The notes under the pieces: generated by a model | What the model saw: only the letters and a program-made list of their open reading frames with translations | Told to the model about the DNA's origin: nothing | Database searches by the model: none | From: Mobula hypostoma | Lineage: Eukaryota | Direction: 5' to 3' | DNA: 64,000 nucleotides | Assembly: GCF_963921235.1 (NCBI RefSeq) | Contig: NC_086097.1 | Coordinates: 47,184,001 to 47,248,000 of the forward strand | Translations under genes and position numbers: made by a program | Shown here: positions 39,143-51,343 of the stretch, one piece after another | Numbering within the stretch: position 1 is the first letter of the stretch | Layout of the letters: each line of letters opens with the position of its first letter

Positions 39143-41398
39143 AATGCTGGTGAACGCAGCAGGCCAGGCAGCATCTCTAGGAAGAGGTACAGTTGATGTT
39201 TCGGGCCAAGACCCCTCGTCAGGACTAACTGAAAGAAGAGCTAGTAAGAGATTTGAAAGTGGGAGGGGAAGGGGGAGATCTGAAATGATAGGGGAAGCTG
39301 TGATAGCGAGTCTGAGTCAAAATGTGGTAGAAAAGTTGAAGAGTCGAAGAAATTACAGATGGGGAGCAGTGAGAGATGGTTTCACTGAACTCCCGTTGAA
39401 GAAAACATTTAAACTTCTTCAGTGTAGGCATCACCGGAAGAGGCTTCGCAGTAGTGAATTTAAAAACGCAAACACGGGGAATTCTGCAGATGCTGGAAAT
39501 TCAAGCAACACACATCGAAGTTCATCTCTAGGAAGAGGTACAGTCGACGTTTCCTTCGAGATCCTTCGTCAGGACTAACTGAAAGAAGAGATAGTAAGAG
39601 ATTTGAAAGTGGGAGGGGGAGGCTACCCAGACGGAATATAAGGTGTTGTTCCTCCAACCTGAGTGTGGCTTCATCTTTACAGTAGAGGAGGCCGTGGATA
39701 GACATATCAGAATGGGAATGGGACGTGGAATTAAAATGTGTGGCCACTGGAAGATCCTGCTTTCTCTGGCAGACAGAGCGTAGGTGTTCAGCGAAACGAT
39801 CTCCCAGTCTGCGTCGGGTCTCGCCAATATATAGAAGGCCACATCGGGAGCACTGGACGCAGTACATCACCCCAGCCGACTCACAGGTGAAGTGTCGCCT
39901 CACCTGGAAGGACTGTCTGGGGCCCTGAATGGTAGTGAGGGAGGAAGTGTAAGGGCATGTGTAACACTTGTTCATCTTACAAGGATAAGTGCCAGGAGGG
40001 AGATCAGCGAGGAGGGAGATGGGGGGAACGAATGGACAAGGGAGTCGCGTAGGGAGCGATCCCTGTGGAAAGCAGAGAGAGTGGGTAGGGAAAGATGTGC
40101 TTAGTGGTGGGATCCCGTTGGAGGTGGTGGAAGTTACGGAGAATAATATGTTGGACCTGGAAGCTGGTGGGGTGGTAGATGAGGACAAGGGGAACCCTAT
40201 TTCTAGTGGGGTGGTGGGAGGATGGAATGAGAGGAGATGTGTGTGAAATGGGGGAGATGCGTTTGAGAGCAGAGTGGATGGTGGAGGAAGGGAACCCCTT
40301 TCTTTAAAAAAGAAGGACATCTCCTTCATCCTGGAATGAAAAGCCTCATCCTGAGAGCAGATGCAGCAGAGACAGAGGAATTGTGAGAAGGGGATGGCAT
40401 TTTTGCAAGAGACAGGGTGAGAAGAGGAATAGTCCAGATAGCTCTGAGAGTCAGTAGGCTTATAGTAGACATCAGTAGATAAGCTGTCTCCAGAGACAGA
40501 GACAGAAAGATCTAGAAAGGGGAGGGAGGTGTCAGAAATGGACCAGGTAAACTTGAGGGCAGGGTGAAAGTTGGAGGCAAAGTTGATGAAGTCAATGAGC
40601 TCAGCATGCGTGCAGGAAGCAGCGCCAATGCAGTCGTCGATGTAGCGAAGGAAAAGCGGGTAACAGATACCAGAATAGGTTTGGAACATAGATTGTTCCA
40701 CAAAGCCAACAAAAAGGCAGGCATAGCCAGTAGATTGTTCCGCTGAACACCTTCGCTCTGTCCGCCAGAGAAAGCAGGATCTTCCAGTGGCCACACATTT
40801 TAATTCCACATCCCATTCCCATTCTGATATGTCTATCCATGGCCTCCTCTACTGTAAAGATGAAGCCACACTCAGTTTGGAGGAACAACACCTTATATTC
40901 TGTCTGGGTAGCCTTCAACCTGATGGCATGAACATTGACTTCTCAAACTTCCGCTAATGCCCCACCTCCCCCTCGTACCCCATCCGGTATTTATTTATAT
41001 ACACACATTCCTTTTCTCTCTCTCTCCTTTTTCTCCCTCTATCCCCCTCACTATACCCCTTGCCCATCCTCTGGTTTCTCCCCCCTCCCCCTTTTCTTTC
41101 TCCCTGGGCCTCCTGTCCCATGATCCTCTCATATCCCTTTTGCCAATCAACTGTCCAGCTCTTGGCTCCATCCCTCCCCCTCCTGTCTTCTCCTATCATT
41201 TTGGATCTCCCCCTCCCCCTCCCACTTTCAAATCTCTTACTAGCTCTTCTTTCAGTTAGTCCTGACGAAGGGTTTCGGCCCGAAACGTCGACTGTACCTC
41301 TTCCTAGAGATGCTGTCTGGCCTGCTGCGTTCACCAGCAACTTTGATGTGCGTTGCTTGAAATTCCAGCATCTGCAGATTTCTTCATGTTCACGTTTT
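39143..41398. mobile_element. Penelope-like retroelement complex: RT plus GIY-YIG endonuclease on minus strand, with inverted and partial-tandem terminal repeats
   Basis: RT motif FLRYIDD and GIY-YIG motif GVMYCVQC..C.LLYIGET.R.L..RF.EH in ORF 39460-40809. Inversion point near 40730, with a plus-strand 3' end to 41398. A tandem 5' ORF start lies at 39298-39460. Confidence 0.92.
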
Positions 41399-41515
41399 TA
41401 TATTCCTGCTGAGTTACTGATGTGTAAAATACTCAACATGATTGAGCTTCAATTCGGTAAAATTTGAAGATAGAATGCAGAAGAGGCCATTAAAAAGGAA
41501 ACTAAATTATGGCTC

Positions 41516-41885
41516 GGGGTGGCAAGGCGGAGATGCATCTCTACCAAAGGAGGTGTAAGGCACTCCTTCCCTCTGCTAGCCTGCAGGTCACCCTTGGGCA
41601 AGGTTTTGTACCTGCTTAGCCTCTCGATCAGGGTCATGTGAAACCAGTGGAGCGGGTAGTGCATATTATAAATCCTGGTTATGTGACCACTGACGCCAGG
41701 TGGACAACGTCTGAAGAGTATTGATAATGGCTGGGGTTACCCGTCTTTCAAAGGCACCGCCCAGAAGACAACACTTCTGTAGAAAAATTTGCCAAGAACA
41801 ATCTTAGTCGTGGATAGAGACAGATTAAAGACAGATGGAAAATCATGATCGCCCACGCAATATGACACAGCACATAACAATGATG
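41516..41885 (+). mobile_element. Short non-autonomous retroposon, probably RTE-derived
   Basis: Perfect 12-bp TSD AAATTATGGCTC at 41504-41515 and 41886-41897, and a short (ATG)n tail. Confidence 0.75.
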
Positions 41886-42319
41886 AAATTATGGCTCAAA
41901 CTATGGAGAGGAACAGCTTAAACAATATGATAGATTGCATGTTATCATGATTTAGGAAACCTAACATTCAGAAAGGAGATATTTTGTGGTTTGTGGAATA
42001 TGAAGTATAGAAACTCCTTGTGCATGGGAAATAAAGTCAAAGCACACACATAAATTACTTAATTCCTACAAAGAACACTCAACAGAATATGACAGAATTT
42101 TGTGATTGAGTGCATTCCAGAATTTGATCCACTGGAAACTGCAAAAAAAATGACACAACACTCTACTGACATCTTCATCAAGTTAACAAATGGATACAAT
42201 CCACTTAACACACATTCCTTTGAGATTAAAGAAAACCTGTGAATTGCTTAAATCTGTAAATACTACATAGGTATGAACCAGTTGTTCTTTTCAAAAAGGA
42301 GAAAGCAATGTAGGCTGTA

Positions 42320-43410
42320 CAGCCAGTGGCCACTGAATTAGGTCCAAGAGTGGAACCTGCTGTGGTTTTTGGCCACTGCAGCCCATGCACTGAATTCAAG
42401 GTTTGATACGTGCATTCAGAGATGTTCTTCTCACACCATTGTTGCCACGTGTACTTACTTGAGTTACTGTCACGTTCCTGTCAGCTTGAACCAGTCCGGC
42501 CATTCTCTTCTGACCTCTCTCATTAACAAGGTGCTTTTTTGCCTACAGAACCACCATTCACTGGACACTTTTCATTTTTCACATCATTCTCTGTAAACTC
42601 TAGAGACTGCTGTGCGTGAAAATCCCAGGAGATCAGCAGTTTCCTAGACACTCAAACCACCCCATCTGGCACCAACAATCATTCCACGGTCAAAGTCACT
42701 TAGATCACATTTCTTCCCCACTCTGATGTTTAGCCTGAACAACAACTGAATCTCTTGACCATATCTGCATACTTTCTATGCTTTGAGTTGCTGCAACACG
42801 ATTGGCTGATTAGATATTTGCATTAACAATCAGGTGTTAAGGTCATACAGTCATAAAAAAGTAGAGCACAGAAACAGGCTCTTTGGCCCATCTACTACAT
42901 GATGAATTATTTAAATGCCTACTCCTTTCGGCCTGCACTGGGACTGTAGCCCTCCATAACCCCACCATTTATGTACCTATCCAAACTTCTCTTAAACATT
43001 GAAATCGAGCTTGCATGCACCACTTGTGCTGGCAACTTGTTTCACACTCTCACAACCCTCTGAGTGAAGAAGTTTCCCCTCATGTTCCCCTTAAATGTTT
43101 CACCTTTCACCCTTAACACATGACCTCTTGTTGTCATCCCACCCTACCTCAGTGGAAAAATCCTGCTTGCATTTATCCCCTCATAATTTTGTATACCACT
43201 ATCAAATCACCCCTCAGTCTTCTACATTCCAAGGAGTCAAGTCCAAACCTATTCAATCCTTCCTTATAACTCAGGTCCTCCAGTCCCAAGAACATCCTTG
43301 TAAATTCTCTCTGTACTCTTTCAACTTTATTTACATCTTTCCTGTAGGTAGGTGACCAAAATCATGTGGACACTTTTTTAAGGTATATTTAATAAAGTGA
43401 CCACTGAGTG
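42320..43410. mobile_element. Non-autonomous Tc1-type element interrupted by a CR1 3' fragment (about 42840-43365, minus)
   Basis: TA-flanked TIRs CAGCCAGTGGCCACTGAATTAGG and AATAAAGTGACCACTGAGTG. The inserted piece carries the FFTQRVV and RL.RLGL motifs on minus. Confidence 0.75.
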
Positions 43411-46400
43411 TATGTACATAGTGGAAATACATCAAAGTTTTTTAAAAATCCCATGGCCAAAGTTCTGGCAGCACTAGTTGGTTGATGTTCCTATATTATC
43501 TGCATTGTTTGGTGCAAAATAAGGAATGTGTGAGCACACAGACACATCACAAACAGCAAACATTTTACACTATGGGGATAAAATATTTGAACTTACTCTT
43601 AGATAATACTACATGTCTTTGCCTGATTTCTGGAAGGTTCTGGATCTTCTGTAGGTACAGGTTCTCTGTGGGAAAAGTGAAAAACTGAAAATGCAACCTG
43701 TTCTGCGCTAATTAGGTCGATTTGTTGGTCTATAATACACAAATAAATTGGAACATGATAGAAGGTAGGTGTAACACCCTTGGGAGGAACACGTAACTTT
43801 GAACACAAGTATCCACAGCTTTCAGCCTGCTTAGTTTTCCTTCTTAAGTTAGACGTAAAACCCTTGTAAATTGATTGCCATATATAGTCACCAACTCAGT
43901 TATGCAAACACTAGCGACAAAGCAGCCAAATGCGATGGACCTTGGTCTTTCCTCATTTATTTATTGTCTAGAGCCTCTACGATTCACAAGCTCTCGAACT
44001 CTATTGGAAATGTTTGTTCTATCTCATAATTTACCAGCTTTAATAAGTATTTAAAACAAACTTAGTTTTTCCAGAGCAGGAACTAAACCTAACTGTTGAA
44101 GGACTAAGGTGATTTATAATGATCATAACTCCTGTGTTTGATTGCCTGCAGCTCCTTATAAAAACGAATTTATTAAAATTCAATTTTATAAGGTCCCATA
44201 TATAAAATTAATTTTAATTTATCATCTCAGTTTGACATGAGAATAGTCATTATTGTTGATAATCCATAAATTCATTGTGTTACTCCAAATTGATTTTATG
44301 ACTAAAAACACGGGATCCAACTTTATTCTGAAGGAAATCACATTATTTTACCTCTAAGGTAAACCATCAACAATTCAGTCCTTGACAGCATGATCACACA
44401 AGGATCTGATTATATCATAGATGATCTTCAGAGCATAAAAATGAAACATTTTGATATGGAAAAACTGGATGGTACAAGGAATCAAGAGTTCAGGGTCTGA
44501 AACAACACAATCTTTAAGTTGCAGCCCTCCCCTCACAGTAATCAGAAAAATGAGAGCTGAAGGTAAACCACATGACTCCCCCGGCTCTTCTCTGAAAACT
44601 CAATTTACTTTCTCTATTATTATGTTTTGCAAATGAGACAAATGCTCAAAACATGCAAAATTATGTAAATTTGTACTTTATATAATAGCAACATAATACT
44701 GATGATGCAAGAATTCTTGGTCAATGAATGTGTGCAACAGAGAGAAGATCAAAGCTTACAGGAAAATAAATTTCCAGATTGTTGGAATAAACTGTATTTA
44801 ATACTGTTTATTCAACTGATTAATTGCAAAGAGTACATTAGTATGTATACGCATGTGGTTAGTTGAATTTTCTGCATTTTCCCCCAGTTTTACTTGCTCA
44901 TTTTCTGCAAGTAAAGCTTGGAAGTTTAGGACAACAGGCACACGTACAATCCAAAAGCTCTCTAGGCAGTCAAAGGAGTAATGTGTGGAGGTAATTATAT
45001 TTGTTAGGCCATGACAAAATTCATCTCAACCTTCAGGAGTTTTGCTTGTCCCTTTCTGAAGTTGGAATTAGTTAAAATTTAGTTTATTTTTAAATTGTTG
45101 CAGTATATTAATTCTTCAGGTTTTAATTCTACAAATTATTTTGTAAGCTTATCTTATTGCCATATCCAATAGAGAGAAGAAAAAAATTGGGATATGAAAT
45201 AGTTGGGAGCCACGTTAAAATGCCATTCATGTTAATGGCAATTAATTGTAAAATAATGTTAGGGCATTTGATTTTGAATGCTGTTGAGATAAATAATAAC
45301 ATTAAGATAGTCAAGTGGAAGCTATCTATTTCTCTGGTCACAATAATTGTTGCAGGGAAGTTTCCAGAATCCAAGTTTCAAGGAAATCATTCACTGAAAG
45401 AACTGGCTTGTAATTGTATTTAAAAACTAGTGTTGAGAAACAATATACTACAGTAATAGAGCAACCAAATTTGCAAGAGTCAACACAATGATGAGAAATA
45501 CAGATATCACAGAAGATTTGTGCAATTTGTTCAGTTTAAATAACTGAAACCTATATACTGTACTATGTAATAATAGGCTAGAAGCATAGAGGTCATATGA
45601 ATCTTGATCAATGAATCCAGGTACATACAAGTTGTGTGTATTCTATACATGGAAAGGAATATTTTTGCCACATGATCAAAAATAAATTCTAATCTACAAA
45701 GTTTAATAATGCTAAATAGGGGCCAACTTGTAATGAAGTAGTTTAAGATTTAGAATTATATGGGCAAAACACTACCTGTTAACCCGTCACCAGTGTAACT
45801 TTAAATTTTTAAATAAAATGCCTGTTAGAAAAACAAATTGCTTCTTGTGCTCTTTAATCTACTTTTGAATACTATTGTACATCCTCCAGTCTTTAAGTAT
45901 GATAAATTCTTGCTACAGGATTTCTTGATTGAAGAACAAAGAAAATGTGGTTTAAACTGAAAGCTATGTCACCTTACAATTAGCACAGAAGTGAATGATT
46001 TACTTTAATAAACCTGTGATTAGTTAGGCCATCATGCAGCCGGGGTGGTGGGATAAGAAAGGGGCAGGCTAACCAACTAGAACTAAGGAGGGAACTGTAC
46101 ATTAAGATCAAGCTAGAGAAATGGTTTCCATATTTGACGGCACAAGGTGGTGTGATTATTGGGGAATTTCATAAATACAAGTCAATGATAATTAAACAAA
46201 AATGATCTTTTCAGAGAGCAAGACAATCTTCCTTCCAAGAGTAGTTAAGTTGAATATCAGAAGGGAAGTTAGTGCAACAGACGAGGGAGAAAAGAACAAT
46301 GGATTGCAGTAGTAGGGAGACACAAATTAACATGTTAGAGGTAACATATGGAATATCAGCACTCAGACCAGTACAGTGAATGTCCCATTTCCATGTTGTT

Positions 46401-46627
46401 AATATACTGCCTTCATTACAGGCAGCACTTGTGAAGACAGTTTAGAAAGCTCAAAGGTTAATTATGGTTTAACACTGACCATTGTTAGACAGGAAGCAGT
46501 TTAAACATAGATGCTAACACCACCAAGTGTTTAGTTGCAAACACTAACAGCAGATTAACCACCAAGGATAGGTTAACCAAGTGTCTAAGAAAATTACTGT
46601 GCACTCATTTGTACAGACCAAAGTATA

Positions 46628-46633
46628 TTTATT
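46628..46633 (-). terminator. ckb: Probable ckb polyadenylation signal AATAAA (a second candidate at 46753-46758)
   Basis: AATAAA about 180 nt after the stop codon, followed by a GT/T-rich downstream region on minus. Confidence 0.6.
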
Positions 46634-46814
46634 CATTTTTAATTCATCATCAGCAACAACAATGCAATGATTATATCTTCAAGATTTCTACTACATTTAT
46701 GTCAAAGACCAGGCTCACCCCCCCCCCCCCCATTCCAGACTGGCATCTTGGATTTATTTTAATATATTATACAATATATCCAGTGAATAGGTTAGAAGTT
46801 GAGATAAAGTGACT

Positions 46815-46993
46815 TTACTTCTGAGCTGGGATAAGGCTGTCAATGGCCTGGCCTTTTTCAAGGCATTTCTCCATTTCAATTAGCAGCTTTACACCATCGA
46901 CCACCATTTGAACCAATTCAACTTCAGAGAAGCCTAGGCGGTCAGCATTGGAAATATCAAAAATACCACCAACTGCAGCTGTGTCAACTCCAC
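46815..46993 (-). CDS. ckb: Creatine kinase B-type, last coding exon (exon 8, 179 nt including TAA)
   Basis: tag|[64 protein letters not shown]. Confidence 0.98.
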
Positions 46994-48072
46994 CTAGCAA
47001 GAAAGGAACAGCAAACCGTATTAGTATACTTGTAGCTGCTTTACAGAAGCCACTTCAATACAAAAGAAATACTAAAAATTGTCATCTAAAGCTATGCACA
47101 TGAATTTTATCTTAAACCTGGATGATTTGCATGTTAAAACAACATACCAAAAGTGAAAGTTAACAAATGGCAAGTGTATTTAAAAACATTCCATGTTCCT
47201 TACTTGTACTGTAGTGAATGCCAGCAAAATTTGAAATAACTTATCTGCAGTAGGTTTTGTTTAAAAATGATGTTTAACTACCCCAGTTAACAATTGGGGA
47301 ATTGTGTTCTTCTGCTGTATTCAAATCATCTTGTGCTAATGTACATGAGCACAGGTAGGAAGAGCAAAGAATATTTGAACTTTTGAGCTCCAATGTTTCC
47401 TAATGTAGGCAGAAATGCATCACACTTTAAACATGTGTATGTTTAAGCACTGGAAACAAAAATAGCAACTAATTTATAACAAGTCAGAGTTATGGTGGGA
47501 TGAATGCCAGAACTCGTGATAATCCAAACAGAAGGGGTTTTGATCTATTTAACAAAGTCCAAATTTGGCTGAAAAGCTAACCGCTTTTTTTTGTTAAAAT
47601 CTTGAAATACAAAGATGGTATTTGGAGAATGGCAGAGCATGATGTGTCCAGGCTACTTGCACACAACTGAGGTTTAAAGTCACATGAAAGTTTGATTTAC
47701 TCCTATGCACACACAAAAAGCTACAATTTTCCTTCTTAAAGTTAGAGCAGTATTTTAGGTCCTTAATTGTTCCAAGAAAATCGAGCAAACCAAGAATATC
47801 ATTGAGACATTAGTAAGACAGATGTAATCTGGAACCAGATTTATGGGTAATTTTGAAAGGTTATGTGTATAGATTACATCTGTCCAAAAATCTTCCTAAA
47901 AAAAAAAACAGTAGTTAAAGTTGTGCTTCTGACAGAATGCAGGAAATCAACTGTTCCAGCTTTTCATGATCAAGAAAATAATTTAGAGTGGTGATCCAGT
48001 CATTTACTGCCAAAACAAGTGCCCTGCATCAGAACATACTGCACTTCCACTGTCAGGTAAAATCCAACTCAC

Positions 48073-48262
48073 CTGTGCCACGCTTCTGCAGTCGCAGTCG
48101 TTTCAGAACCTCGCCAAATTTTTCGTGTTTGCTGAGATTGGGCAGTTTCACATGAACACCAGCACGCAGGCCAGTCCCCAGGTTAGATGGGCATGTCAAG
48201 ATGTAGCCAAGGTGCTCATTCCACATAAATGCATGGCCATTGCTTTTGAAGAGATTTTCAAT
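48073..48262 (-). CDS. ckb: Creatine kinase B-type, exon 7 (190 nt)
   Basis: IENLFK...[52 protein letters not shown]. Active-site CPSNLGT intact. AG/GT borders. Confidence 0.98.
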
Positions 48263-48344
48263 CTATGATTTAAAAGAAATAGTTCAAAGAAAAATACAAA
48301 GTAGTTTTAGACAATTACTGACTCTCAGTAACACTCAATTGTAC

Positions 48345-48468
48345 CTTTGATAGTCCAGTGCAGAAACGGGTGAAGACTTCCTTCATGTTTCCACCTTTCT
48401 GCATGGAGATAACACGAAGATGATCTTCTTCATTTACCCAAACGAGGAAAGTCTTATTGTTATTATGC
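48345..48468 (-). CDS. ckb: Creatine kinase B-type, exon 6 (124 nt)
   Basis: [41 protein letters not shown], with the NEED box. AG/GT borders. Confidence 0.98.
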
Positions 48469-49068
48469 CTGGAAAACAGGTTCAATTTGGAACAAGCCAA
48501 TTAATATCCTGGACCAAAAAAAAGTAATTTTGCTTTATTAAGAGTGTAAGCTTTGACAAAAATTCTATTACATCAAAATACAATTCCTTCAGGCATTATT
48601 TTTATCTAAATTTGTATCACACTAGAATTCTTTGGCCAAAAGACGGTCCTCAATTTGCCAACATAGCCAAGGCTGATTGAAGAAAGTGAAGAGAAGATAG
48701 CTACTTTGTCTTAATATGACAAAAATTAAAATCCATTAAGGAATGGGCTACATGTTTGGGCACAGAACTTAATACAATTGCCCAGGAAGTGGAGTCATCT
48801 AAATAGGTTAGGTACAGAAATATCATCTTCCACATAAAGCCAACCTAGTGGAAGTCATCAATTAGCTAATTATACAACAGCTAACTGAAGTTAAACAGAT
48901 CTGTGAAATCCAAAAATAACTCTTCTTGCTGAAGCTGAACCATACCACTTTCCACCACCCCACCCAAACCAACCAAGATCATAACATTAAAAACCTTCCA
49001 AGAATTATAAAAAATGTACTCATTCAGTAAAGGGAATATATATATTTTTTTAATATAAATAAAGTTGT

Positions 49069-49140
49069 TTGTTGACCTTTCAAGAAAAAAGGACTCCCAA
49101 CTAATTGTTGACCTTTCAAGAAAAAAGGACTCCCAACTAA
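49069..49140. repeat. Perfect 36-bp tandem duplication in ckb intron 5
   Basis: TTGTTGACCTTTCAAGAAAAAAGGACTCCCAACTAA twice. Confidence 0.95.
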
Positions 49141-49253
49141 TTTCACCCCAGCTGGTCAATCAATTTATCCTCATCAGATGCAAAGCTTCCAGCATGCTGC
49201 AATATTGTAAACAAAGCCATTCTCAATCTTTTACTCCCAAGCCAGGAACCAAC

Positions 49254-49425
49254 CAAATGCCTCTGCCATCAGGCCAGTCACGAGCCATCCCAGAGGCCAG
49301 CAGCAATGGAGACACAGGCTTGTCAAACAGGAAGTGGTCATCAATTAGGGTCTGCTGTTCCTCGTCAGTCATGTTCTTCAGGGCATAGTATTTTCCAGAA
49401 AATTCACCATCTAGACTTTTCAAAC
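49254..49425 (-). CDS. ckb: Creatine kinase B-type, exon 5 (172 nt)
   Basis: [61 protein letters not shown] borders. Confidence 0.98.
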
Positions 49426-49999
49426 CTAGAGAAAAGGAAAGTTACATTGCAAGAACTGTTTTTACAACTTGATAAGTTAGTTCCTCCAAAAGGAAGTTTT
49501 CCTTTAGTTTAGATAAAAGGAGTTGCATTTATATGAAATGATTTGTGATTTTCTAAACATCTAGATATACTTATAGCTTAAAGTATCTATGAAGTCTCCT
49601 GAGATCGAGCCAAGCAGGCACCAAAACAACAATGTGACAATGATCTGTTGAAGAAATGTTGAGAGCACATCTTAAAAATATATTTCTATAGGGAATTAAA
49701 GAGCTTCACTGAAATAACACTGAACCTGTATATAATGTACACCTTGAAAGCCTGTATTTAGGTAACATTAGATAAATTAGTCAGATCTCAGGATTGGTTT
49801 ATATCAAAATTGTAGAGATTATGTGCTTTTAAAAAAAAATCATAATCACCAGGGTCATCAGCAGTATACTGAGGGCAGTTGTGACCCTGAGGAAGAGCAG
49901 ACGCACATGCATCTACAACTTATTATGTGGCAAAAGATTGCAGCGACAGGAATGGGCTCTTTTGTGCTTGGAAATGAGGAAGTTCACATCAGTATATCA

Positions 50000-51343
50000 T
50001 GGAGTCAGTTATCAAGGATGTGATAACAGCACATTTGGAAAGCGGTGAAATGATCGGACAAAGTCAGCATGGATTTGTGAAAGGAAAATCATGTCTGACG
50101 AATCTCATAGAATTTTTTGAGGATGTAACTAGTAGAGTGGATAGGGGAGAACCAGTGGATGTGGTATATTTGGATTTTCAAAAGGTCCCACACAGGAGAT
50201 TAGTGTGCAAATTTAAAGCACACGGTATTGGGGGTAAGGTATTGGTGTGGGTGGAGAATTGGTTAGCAGACAGGAAGCAAAGAGTGGGAATAAACGGGAC
50301 CTTTTCAGAATGGCAGGCGGTGACTAGTGGGGTACCGCAAGGCTCAGTGCTGGGGCCCCAGTTGTTTACAATATATATTAATGACTTGGATGAGGGAATT
50401 AAATGCAGCATCTCTAAGTTTGCGGATGACACGAAGCTGGGTGGCAGTGTTAGCAGTGAGGAGGATGCTAAGAGGATGCAGGGTGACTTGGATAGGTTGG
50501 GTGAGTGGGCAAACTCATGGCAGATGCAATTTAATGTGGATAAATGTGAAGTTATCCACTTTGGTGGCAAAAATAGGAAAACAGATTATTATCTGAATGG
50601 TGGCCGATTAGGAAAAGGGGAGGTGCAACGAGACCTGGGTGTCATTATACACCAGTCATTGAAAGTGGGCATGCAGGTACAGCAGGCGGTGAAAAAGGCG
50701 AACGGTATGCTGGCATTTATAGCGAGAGGATTCGAGTACAGGAGCAGGGAGGTACTACTGCAGTTGTACAAGGCCTTGGTGAGACCACACCTGGAGTATT
50801 GTGTGCAGTTTTGGTCCCCTAATCTGAGGAAAGACATCTTTGCCATAGAGGGAGTACAAAGAAGGTTCACCAGATTGATTCCTGGGATGGCAGGTCTTTC
50901 ATATGAAGAAAGACTGGATGAACTGGGCTTGTACTCGTTGGAATTTAGAAGATTGAGGGGGGATCTGATTGAAACGTATAAGATCCTAAAGGGATTGGAC
51001 AGGCTAGATGCGGGAAGATTGTTCCCGATGTTGGGGAGGTCCAGAACGAGGGGTCACAGTTTGAAGATAGAGGGGAAGCCTTTTAGGACCGAGATTAGGA
51101 AAAACTTCTTCACACAGAGAGTGGTGAATCTGTGGAATTCTCTGCCACAGCAAACTGTTGAGGCCAGTTCATTGGCTATGTTTTAAGAGGGAGTTGGATA
51201 TGGCCCTTGTGGCTACAGGGGTCAGGGGGTATGGAGGGAAGGCTGGATTCTGAGTTGGATGATCAGCCATGATCATAATGAATGGCGGTGCAGGCTCGAA
51301 GGGCCGAATGGCCTACTCCTGCACCTATTTTCTATGTTTCTAT
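50000..51343 (+). mobile_element. CR1 LINE, 5'-truncated (copy 3), antisense inside ckb intron 4
   Basis: 395-aa RT ORF nearly identical to copy 2, with a TTTCTATG tail. Confidence 0.96.

Noticed and set aside
1..46000. MARK3 3' exons expected from tetrapod synteny with CKB
   Set aside because: No KA1-domain or kinase-like coding sequence found on the plus strand in this window.
12025..50870. Recurrent antisense ORFs MPPKWITSHL.. and MNLLCTPSMA..
   Set aside because: Opposite-strand shadows of CR1 ORF2 in three near-identical copies.
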